A DNA stretch of 34,375 nucleotides, taken from assembly GCF_001194135.2 (NCBI RefSeq), contig NC_068982.1, forward strand, positions 191,527,817 through 191,562,191, in the 5' to 3' direction. Origin of the DNA: Octopus bimaculoides. Taxonomy: Eukaryota. Shown in pieces: positions 22,193 to 31,794 of this stretch. Both the position numbers and the translations under genes were made by a program. Under the pieces are notes generated by a model that saw only the letters and a list, made by a program, of their open reading frames with translations, was not told where the DNA came from and did not search any database. Position 1 is the stretch's first letter. Each line of letters opens with the position of its first letter.

Positions 22193-23417
22193 GTAAGTGA
22201 CCGCTCAAATTCTCTCTCTGTTTCCTCTACGTTGTGCTGTAACAATGGTGGTGATGCTTGCAGTTGTGGGCAAGGTTAAACGGGTACAGGTTGGGTGGCA
22301 CTTACAATATGTCATAACCTCACTGGTACTTTTAGGCTGACTTTCTCTTTAATCCCTTCTTTCTATTCTAATTTATAGCTGTATTACCAACCCGCATATC
22401 CACCTCCATATCTCTCTATCTTTGTTACAGCTGTTTTTGTTTTACAATAACAACAATTCCAGTTTAACTCAGTTAAAAACTGTTGGATGCACAAAGGGTG
22501 GGGAAATTAATTATTCCAAAATATTCGTTTCTCTTTCTCCAAGACATGGACTATCTAAATGAAATGAATGAACCTCACAGAATCATCTTTTCCTGCTACA
22601 CAACACGATAAATACCAAAAATTAAATATCTTTGAGTCACTCTAGGAACAAAACACGCAAATAACCAAATATTTGGCGCTGCTACTTCCTACCTATCTCA
22701 ATTCCAATTAAAACATCGTCACAGACTGAAATTCTTCCTGTATTTCTTTTCATAAGATAATTTCTCTTTTTCTGCTCCTCCCCCACCATTACCACCGCTA
22801 CTGTTGTTCTTTAAACTGTTTGTCTTTTATTTTGGAATCACATGCAAACTGAAGTAGTTTCCACTCGATTCCACCTTCTGAATATTTTTCCTTTTGTTTT
22901 CCAGGAATTGTTTTTTTTTTTTTTTTAAATCCCAAACGGTGAAATTAACGTTAGCCCTTCTGTTTCTAACATTTATTGTTCAACATAATCAAATTTGCCT
23001 ATCCATATACTTAACCCCTATAGATAGATATATTATATTTTACTTAACCTTCCTCTCTCTCTCTACTTTATACATAAAATCCGTCGAGCCCCCCCCCCTT
23101 CCCGCAGCACATGTCTTCTTCCTGGATCTACTTCCGAGGTTTTTCCTCAATTTCTGTTCCTCGATATTGTGTTTGCCGTGAATAGTCGCGTCTTTGACCT
23201 AAAACATTCTGCGTGTGATTGGATACGTCATTCACTATATCCATTATCGATTTACTGCATCGATACAAGGTACAGATGCATGGAGGCGAGGGGAAAGTGA
23301 GATGTGGAGGCTTATATGCCTCTCATTTCGATGCAAACGAAGTGAAATGGCTCCAACCTGCAACCGTCTTTCTTTGTATATTATCTTTAATTATTTCCTA
23401 TGTTAATTATTTCATAG

Positions 23418-23464
23418 TTCGACAAAGGATGTCAGAACTAGAAGTGGAAGATTATAAGAAGTGA
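23418..23464 (+). CDS. Candidate terminal coding exon
   Basis: T-rich tract + TTCATAG acceptor. Phase is compatible with the 22192 donor (C+TT=Leu), giving LRQRMSELEVEDYKK followed by TGA TGA. Confidence 0.3.
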
Positions 23465-23842
23465 TGACATTCATTCGTTTCCCAGAACCTGTTGCCGTTG
23501 TGTTAATTGCTGCAAATTAATATAACTAAGGCTTGTATCTACGAAGCCTATTTATACATGGGGGAGGATGTGAAGTGGTGAAGTTCATGCTTTTCTCTGT
23601 TGGTTGTAATGGCTCAAATAAGAATGAAATAATATTAAAATACTTTCATGTTCACCTGTTGGAATTTCTTTGATGTTTAGCGACAAAGCGACAAAATATG
23701 CGTGGGCGGTATGTGCGCGCGCGAGTATAATATATAAAATGTAATGTATGTATGCATGTATTGAGAGAGAGAGAGAGAGGTTATGCAATGAAAGTACAAA
23801 AGTTAGGTGTTTAAACTTTATTGGTGTGGATGTGTATTTCTG

Positions 23843-23881
<39 letters not shown>

Positions 23882-24293
23882 NNNNNNNNNNNNNNNNNNN
23901 NNNNNNNNNNNNNNNNNNNNNNNNNNNNNNNNNNNNNNNNNNNNNNNNNNNNNNNNNNNNNNNNNNNNNNNNNNNNNNNNNNNNNNNNNNNNNNNNNNNN
24001 NNNNNNNNNNNNNNNNNNNNNNNNNNNNNNNNNNNNNNNNNNNNNNNNNNNNNNNNNNNNNNNNNNNNNNNNNNNNNNNNNNNNNNNNNNNNNNNNNNNN
24101 NNNNNNNNNNNNNNNNNNNNNNNNNNNNNNNNNNNNNNNNNNNNNNNNNNNNNNNNNNNNNNNNNNNNNNNNNNNNNNNNNNNNNNNNNNNNNNNNNNNN
24201 NNNNNNNNNNNNNNNNNNNNNNNNNNNNNNNNNNNNNNNNNNNNNNNNNNNNNNNNNNNNNNNNNNNNNNNNNNNNNNNNNNNNNNNNNNNNN
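23882..24293. other. Assembly gap after (TA)n
   Basis: N run. Confidence 1.
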
Positions 24294-24541
24294 GGGTAAT
24301 CTTCAAGTTTAGGGGGGTAAAAAAATAAATAAAAATATTCAAGGGAAGTAACTGAACGTCTTACCAGTATTCTCCGTACATCTCTGTTTATAAATAAATC
24401 ACACACGTGATTTGATTGACGTTAGGGTATGATTTATTTATAAACAGCTAGAAGAAAACGGATAATACTGGTAAGTCGTTCAGTTATTTCCCTTGAATAT
24501 TTTTATTTACTTTTTTTACCCTCCTAAACTTGAAGATTACC
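24294..24541. mobile_element. Near-palindromic ~250-bp MITE
   Basis: Left arm GGTAATCTTCAAGTTTAGG..AATATTCAAGGGAAGTAACTGAACG.CTTACCAGTATT..TGTTTATAAATAAATCA is mirrored by the right arm ending CCTAAACTTGAAGATTACC, followed by TA. Confidence 0.88.
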
Positions 24542-25432
24542 TATATAATGAATATGATAGGCGTACGTACATTACGACATATCACGATATAAGCAGGCTT
24601 ATACGTAAATATATGTTTATGAATGTAGATATGCATGAATAAATACATGCATGCATGTGTGTATGAGTGCATATATGCATGAATGAGTACATGCATGCAT
24701 GTGTATGTGTGCATGTATGGATGCGTATTTACGTGCACAGTTTACAAACTCGTCAGTTACCCATACTAAGTTCTCCCCATGCACTCCTTACCACCACCAG
24801 AAGACGAAATACATATATAATGGATATATACATGTATGTGTGCGCATGCGATGGTGAGGACGAATTAACACCACCACATATAGTTCCCAAAATTAATTGA
24901 CAGCCGATGTATATAGTCTACGAAGAATTAAGTCTCAAATAATTATGTCTGGTAATTATTATGTTCTTCTCATTTCGCTATTAATTATGTTCGTTTGCAA
25001 ACATTTATCTATTTGTTCAGTGTTTGTGTAGTATATATGCACACACACACATACATATATGCAAGTGCATTTGCGTTTTACTTAGCTTTTTGTTCCTTGC
25101 TTATTAGACTATCATTAAACTATCTACCGTCATCTTTCCCCGTCTGTTATTAAAATTGTATTTGTTTAAATGTGATTAATTCATCAACATACATTACATG
25201 TGTGAAAATGCGTGTCTGAACATATCACCTCTCTCTATACATACATACGTGTGTGTGTGTGTCTACATTCGCATGTGTTCATGTATGAGCTATGAACGTA
25301 GTTGTCCATTTGTTTTTTTTTGTTTTTTTTTGTTGAATTAATCATTGAAATAATTTGTATGGAAAGATTTCGTATTCAGCGTGAAGTCCAAAAAACCCGC
25401 CAAAATCGACAATGCTACAAGAATTGTGTGTA

Positions 25433-25471
<39 letters not shown>

Positions 25472-26085
25472 GTGTGTGTGTGTAATACCTGTTACGTGAT
25501 GGTTCAGTGTGCAAGAAATAGCAGCCAAATACTCTTCAAATCCTATCCTCTCCATTTAAACAACCGGAAGATATAAATACTCAAATTATCTGTTAAGTAG
25601 ATTAAGACGGATAGAGTTTGTATAATCAATCATGCTTTAGTTATTAACAATTTCCTATCCAGTCACGCTTCATCAAACAAACTTTTAAAAAAAGGTATTC
25701 CAGGCGTGACCACCACATTTGTTTAGTTACAGTCTATGATCACGTTAGTCAATGTCTTGTTTTTTTGCCTTTTAACGCAGTAAGTTGTAATTTGAGATTT
25801 GACTGCTATTTCTAGCAGATCAAGTAACCACGTAGAGCCTTTCATCTTTGTTAAGAACGATTTGGCAGAGTCGCTTGTCTCTCACATTTGCATCTTTCGG
25901 AATTGGCCTTGCGAGGCCCTCCTCCCAACAGTTAAGTCTTGCAGCGAAATTGAATTATTAGTGCATCCAATGAGCAACTCTTCGGTGATACGAGAATAAT
26001 AATAATAATAATACTATAATGACATTGAACTTAGTGTGCAACTACTACTTAATAAATTAATAATAATGATAATAATAATAATAAT

Positions 26086-26212
26086 GAGGGTAGGGCATGC
26101 CCTAAAATCTGCTCTGTTGGGGACTGCTAGGATTTTGAGATTGGTGCTTGTTTTTAGTATCTTTCATGATACTTAACACCCAAGTACCAAGTCTTGAAAT
26201 TTGTGGAAAAAT
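26086..26212 (+). mobile_element. Very short 3' end of an R4/Dong-like RLE LINE
   Basis: RVGHALKSALLGTARILRLVL matches RVEHLQKTALLGTARILRMVP at 20860-20925. Starts right after a (TAA)n tract. Confidence 0.75.
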
Positions 26213-26224
26213 AGTAATAGTTAG

Positions 26225-26434
26225 TAATCCTTTCTACTACAGGCCTGAAATTTGGGGGGAGGGGCAAGTCGATTACATCAATCCCCAGTACTCATCTGGT
26301 ATTTAATTTATTGACTCTGAAAGGATGAAAGCTAAAGTCAACTTTGGAGGAATTTGAACTCAGAACATAAGGACAGAGGAAATGCTGCTAAGCATTTCGC
26401 CCAGCATGCTAACGATTCCGCCAGCCTGCCACCC
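26225..26434 (-). mobile_element. SINE family A copy; further decayed fragments to ~26820
   Basis: TTTATTGACTCTGAAAGGATGAAAGC.AAAGTCAAC..AATTTGAACTCAGAAC..CTAAGCATTTCGCCCAGCATGCTAACGATTC. Confidence 0.82.
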
Positions 26435-27469
26435 CGATGAGGATTTCAAATTTAAGCACAAGATCAGCAATTTTGAGAGGAGGTGATTAGGTTGACCCCA
26501 CTGATTGACTGATACTTTATTTTATTGACTCCTGATTTGAACTTAGAACAAAGCAGTTCAAATCCTGATTGATTATGGTACAAAATTTAATTTCTTATTT
26601 CTCTGTTCTAAGTTCGAATCCTACCTGAAGTACTTCTGTCATTTATTCTTCTAGAATCAATAAAACGTACCTGTAATATGTCCCAGTTGACCCAATCTCC
26701 TACACCTTGTGTTTTGCTGAAATAATTCACTATTTCCATGTTCTGAGCTCACTCCTACCCCTCCTTCCCAGGGTTGCTAAAATACCTGTAATGTGTTTAA
26801 TTCAATCAACTACCTCCTCCCATTTTTGAATAAGTTGTCATTGTGGTTGTGGTGGTGGTTGTGGTGGTGAAGGCAATGTTATTGGAAAGCTGGGGTTTAT
26901 ATTATTGCTGTTTAGCCCTCGGTCAGTGACAATGCAGTAGGCAGATCTAAGTTGGCCCAATTGTGACCATCCCATCTATTTGTATATTCATAGCAACACT
27001 TTCCAACATGTCCTCTTTATAAAAACACACATAACCTCCAATTGCCTCCATCTCCCCTGCACCTGATAATCACCATTGGTCTTGCTTCCACCTGTCTTCA
27101 CCATTTGCAGAATTCATCTCTATTCTCACCCATTTGCCATTCACCTTTCATGCCTTCGCAATCTTACCTACCCTGTCACCCACCCTGTCCACTCCTCTGA
27201 ACCACTTCTGTTATATTCACCTACCTGTAACTTGAGGGTGTTCCCAGACACCCCTTCATCATTTTCTCTCCCTTTTCCAACTGGGGTAGCCTTGTATATC
27301 TCCCTCAGAACAAGACACCTGTCTCTCTCTCTCTATTCATACTTTGGACCCTCTTCAACCAGCAGCACTCCTCACTCCTACCCCAACCCTTAGCTGAAAT
27401 GGTTGGGGCTCTTCTCCTGCAAGTTACTCGGTGACTCATGAGTGTCCATGCCCCCCACCTACCATCACT

Positions 27470-27590
27470 CCAACCATAAAGACCATGCTGTAGCAGACAT
27501 TGGAGCTTGGCACAGTCCTCTCTCTTGTCAGTTTCTGTCTAACCATCCAACCCATGCCAGCATGGAAAATGGACGTTAAACGATGATATG
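27470..27590 (+). mobile_element. RTE-like LINE 3' tail remnant
   Basis: CCATCCAACCCATGCCAGCATGGAAAATGGACGTTAAACGATGAT matches 33843-33895. Confidence 0.8.
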
Positions 27591-28131
27591 TGTGTGTTGA
27601 GGGAGAGATTTGGCTGTTATTTTTAGCAAGTGTTGTAACCATGTAGTTTTCCCCTCATAGACTTTTTATCACAAGTCACCCCCCCCTCCTGACTTTCATC
27701 TCCCACTTCTTGCTTTTTTATCATACCACTAGCAGTGACTTACAGAGAAGCATGAACATCACAGCACATCAGTTTATCTTTTGCAAATCTTCTCCTTGTG
27801 TGAAGTCCAAAGTATTTGGATATTTTTCCACACAATTTCGTTTTTATAAAGAGGAGGAGGAGGAGTGGCATTGCTTGTCGTGTTGGTATAGATATTGATC
27901 TGAATCAATCAATATCTGTTTAATATTTATCTTTCTCATAGAACTGTCATAACAATGTCGATTGATTGGCTTTTGGTAAACACAAACGGCTGCCGTTCCT
28001 CTCTCATTAATCCAATTAACTTAACAGAGAAACTGAGGCAGAGGGAGGTAAACTAGTAGCTGTGTCATTGAACATGGCTGATACACACAGGCATTAATAT
28101 ATGTGTGTGTGTGTGTGAGTGTATATATGTT

Positions 28132-28184
<53 letters not shown>

Positions 28185-28312
28185 NNNNNNNNNNNNNNNN
28201 NNNNNNNNNNNNNNNNNNNNNNNNNNNNNNNNNNNNNNNNNNNNNNNNNNNNNNNNNNNNNNNNNNNNNNNNNNNNNNNNNNNNNNNNNNNNNNNNNNNN
28301 NNNNNNNNNNNN
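28185..28312. other. Assembly gap within (TA)n
   Basis: N run flanked by TA repeats. Confidence 1.
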
Positions 28313-28361
<49 letters not shown>

Positions 28362-28384
28362 GCCATGATAGACCGCTGACCACT

Positions 28385-28626
28385 ACACACATTCAATTCC
28401 CAGCGATGCATTGTACCCTTGAGCAAGACGCTTTATTTTGTTTTTCTCCAGTCCACTCAGCTGGCAAAAAGAAGTAGGACCTGTATTTCAAAGGGCCAAC
28501 CTTATCCCATTCTGTGTCATGCTGAATCTCCTTGAGAACCTATGTTAAGGGTACACATGTCTGGAGTTCTCAGCCACTTTCACATTAACTTCACAAGCAG
28601 GCTGTTCCCTTGACCGAATCAGTTGC
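28385..28626 (+). mobile_element. SINE with family C body and family D tail
   Basis: CCCTTGAGCAAGACGCTTTATT..CTCCAGTCCACTCAGCTG (as at 29300-29355), then CCTGTATTTCAAAGGG..GTTAAGGGTACAC..GCAGGCTGTTCC (as in 17665-17850 minus). Confidence 0.8.
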
Positions 28627-28931
28627 CAGTTCTACCCTCTCTGGAAGCAGGGATAATTTCAATAACTCAAAAATATATCCTTATTAGTCTTTTTTCTTTA
28701 AATATATAACACTCTCTGCTCTGAATCATTTCTCTTAGCATTTATGGGTGTGTGCATATAGGATGGCATATCCATGGGCTGCCCACAGGGGCCCAATCTT
28801 GCTAATTTCTACATTTATATTTCTACTCAAAAACAGAGGGTGGATTAACACCAAGTATAAGCTCTAAACTTACTGCAGAAGCACTATTATGTATAGAGTA
28901 AAACATTTCTATCAAAAGATGCTGGGAGAGC

Positions 28932-29160
28932 TATTCATCATCATCATCATTTAATGTCTGTTTTCCATGCTGGCATGGGTTGGACAGTTTGACAGGAGCT
29001 GGCAAGTCAGAGGGCTGCACCAGACTCCAATTGTCTGTTTTGGCATGGTTTCTGTGACTGGATGCCCTCCCTAATGCCAACCACGTTACAGAGTGCTCCA
29101 CTGGGTGTTTGTTTTTACTTGGCACCTGACATGGTTGCTTCTTATGTGGCACTGGCACGG
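28932..29160 (-). mobile_element. RTE-like LINE 3' end, (GAT)n tail
   Basis: CATCATCATTTAATGTCTGTTTTCCATGCTGGCATGGGTTGGAC..GGATGCCCTCCCTAATGCCAACCAC. Confidence 0.85.
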
Positions 29161-29221
29161 AGTGAGGAAGTTGTGTGTATGCATGCATATATGTATTTAT
29201 ACATGCTTATATCAGGTCAGT

Positions 29222-29541
29222 GAAGGCACATGGCTCTGTGGTTAGAGTGTCGAGCTTACGATCATGAGGTTGTGAGTTTGATTCCCAGACTGGACTGCAT
29301 GTTGTGTTCTTGAGCAAGACACTTTATTCTACGTTGCTCCAGTTCACTCAGCTGTAGAAATGAGTTGTGACGTCATTGGTGCCAAGCTGTATCGGCCCCT
29401 TTGCGTTTCCCTTGGATAACATCAGTGGTGTGGAGAGGGGAGGCTGCTATGCATGGGTGACTGCTGGTCTTCCATAAACAACCTTGCCTGGACTTGTGCC
29501 TGGGAGGGTAACTTTCTAGGTGCAGCCCCATGGTCATTCAT
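29222..29541 (+). mobile_element. tRNA-headed SINE family C
   Basis: A-box TGGCTCTGTGG, B-box GAGTTTGATTCCC, body GTGTTCTTGAGCAAGACAC..CTCCAGTTCACTCAGCTG, distinct tail. Confidence 0.82.
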
Positions 29542-30150
29542 ATCCGGTCACCTTTAGTGTTACTGATGACCTGTAACCCAGTCAAACCAGTTGCATGGTT
29601 GACCCATTGGTCATTGAACTAGCAACTCAACTAAACCTTCTTGGTAAGGAAGGTGGTTTTTATTGGACACTCGACAGGATGGAAAACAAAACTTGTGACC
29701 AAAACTTGTCAAAGGGTAGAATCGACAGCCATATTGAATAGCTGGGAGTGAGAGATCCCTGGTCTTTGTTTAGACATCTGTGTAGGAGGAAAGAAACTGA
29801 TGTGATACCTATGACTTTGTTTGCATCCATTGATGTGGAATAGTTCTTTTAGGGATGGGACACAAATGCATAAGTTCTTTAAAGAGTAGGATTGACCGTG
29901 TGCAGAGCCTTTCTTCACTTTAAGAAATTTCAGACCCATCACTCGATTTTTAAGGTCAAAGTCTGTGGGGTGAAGAGTGGCTGTAAAGGGAATCCAGGTG
30001 AGCTCTGCCTGTGTGTGTGTGCATGTGAACATTTATATGTGTGTGTGTTTCTGTGGATGTTGTAGCCTTTTCTTCATTCGGTAAACTGCTGTGATTATCA
30101 GTAGAAACTGGGTCAAACACTTGAAGGTTTGGTGAACTTTATCTCTATTA

Positions 30151-30465
30151 NNNNNNNNNNNNNNNNNNNNNNNNNNNNNNNNNNNNNNNNNNNNNNNNNN
30201 NNNNNNNNNNNNNNNNNNNNNNNNNNNNNNNNNNNNNNNNNNNNNNNNNNNNNNNNNNNNNNNNNNNNNNNNNNNNNNNNNNNNNNNNNNNNNNNNNNNN
30301 NNNNNNNNNNNNNNNNNNNNNNNNNNNNNNNNNNNNNNNNNNNNNNNNNNNNNNNNNNNNNNNNNNNNNNNNNNNNNNNNNNNNNNNNNNNNNNNNNNNN
30401 NNNNNNNNNNNNNNNNNNNNNNNNNNNNNNNNNNNNNNNNNNNNNNNNNNNNNNNNNNNNNNNNN
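30151..30465. other. Assembly gap
   Basis: N run. Confidence 1.
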
Positions 30466-30494
30466 ACTGTGAAAATAATATTATATTTTATAAG

Positions 30495-30726
30495 ACAGTT
30501 CCATATTTAAGAGATGAGGAATTATTTACATTTGACTGATATTTGTCCTCATCTTGTTTGTTGTTAACACAACGTTTCGGCTGATATATCCTTCAGCCTT
30601 CTTCAGGTGTCTTGGGGAAATTTCAAACCTGGGTTCTCATTCCTAAGGTATTTTTCGATGTTATTATTATTCAGGTCACTGCCTGGAATCGAACCACAAG
30701 ATTCCAAGTTCAATTCCAGGCAGTGA

Positions 30727-30760
<34 letters not shown>
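30495..30760 (-). mobile_element. Short non-autonomous element: Pol III B-box head (fold-back duplicated) + hammerhead ribozyme + 3' hairpin (Penelope/retrozyme-like)
   Basis: Minus strand: GGTTCGATTCC (30685-30695), (AAT)n, ~50-nt linker, hammerhead at 30566-30611, stem-loop at 30512-30554. No ORF. Confidence 0.7.
30566..30611 (-). ncRNA. Minimal type I hammerhead ribozyme
   Basis: GACAC-CUGAAGA-A-GGCUGA-AGGAUAUA-UCAGCC-GAAA-CG-U-U^GUGUU: intact core, 6-bp stem II, 5-bp helix I (one G.U) and palindromic ACGU stem III. Confidence 0.75.
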
Positions 30761-30764
<4 letters not shown>

Positions 30765-30949
30765 TGACTGTCTCCAGTGCTCAGATGCATTATGGCAGAT
30801 TGAAAATTTGGAAAAGAGTAAAAGAGGGAATGGAAAGCAGATATAAGTCAAGTAAAGAAAGACAGAAACGAAGGCTAGAATTTACAGAAGAAAACCTGAA
30901 AAGGAAACAGCAAAGGGTGCCATGTGAGGAATTGTGTTGGTGAATTTCA

Positions 30950-31060
30950 GGAAGCATGGAATATTTTTGAAAGAAACAACGTCCTGACAGCCAACAACTG
31001 ATGTGGATAGTTTATTCCATGCTTCATCAATTCTGAGCTTGAAAAAATGTTTGCAAAGAT
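30950..31060 (-). pseudogene. CR1-type LINE ORF2 C-terminal remnant
   Basis: KHFFKLRIDEAWNKLSTSVVGCQDVVSFKN resembles the CR1 end motif xHFFSxRVVxxWNxLPxxVVxAxSVxSFK. Confidence 0.6.
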
Positions 31061-31747
31061 CATGGATGCAGAAGCTCACACAAACAAACAAACACACACC
31101 TTCCCGTAACAACTTCTACATACACATATACATGTTCACACACATACACACACATTCAGAGTTGTTCATCATCTTGAAATACTTAGGATGTTAATTAAAA
31201 AGCACTTTGTAATTTGATTATTATATAATCTTAATTAAATATATTTTCTAATTAACAGATTTTCACGTGTAATATATATATATATAACACTGAAAGTTAA
31301 TCTCAAAATTAATTATGTTAATTATGGCTGTTTATAAAGAAACAGCACTGATCCAGACAGAACTGCTTAACGAATGCAAGCGTTAGATGATAGGATTTCA
31401 CATAATAATATAGTGAGATAACGAACCGATAAACTAAAGTTATCCATGCAATTTGTAGAAAGAATCTCCCTGTTTAGAGCTTTCTGTCTTTTCACATTTT
31501 CATGTTTAATGACAGAATCTGACCTTGTGGTTAGGGTGTTCGATTTACAATCACCCTGTCATTTGCTAAAAGGAATTGCAAGGGTTTACATGTTGGGCAT
31601 GCAAAGAATGCATGTATGTGTATACGTGTGACAAACATGTAAAGTGCGTGCGTGTGTATGTATGAGTGTGCATGTGTGTGCGTGTGTGTGTGTGTGTGTG
31701 TGTATTTATGTGTGTGTTTTTGTGAATGTGTATACTTTTATGTATGG

Positions 31748-31794
<47 letters not shown>

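Noticed and set aside
27076-27393. 105-aa ORF rich in P/S/L/H
   Set aside because: Reflects C/T-rich low-complexity DNA.
29934-29997. 64-bp exon candidate ending CAG|GTGAGC
   Set aside because: Open frame but no recognisable product or partner exon.
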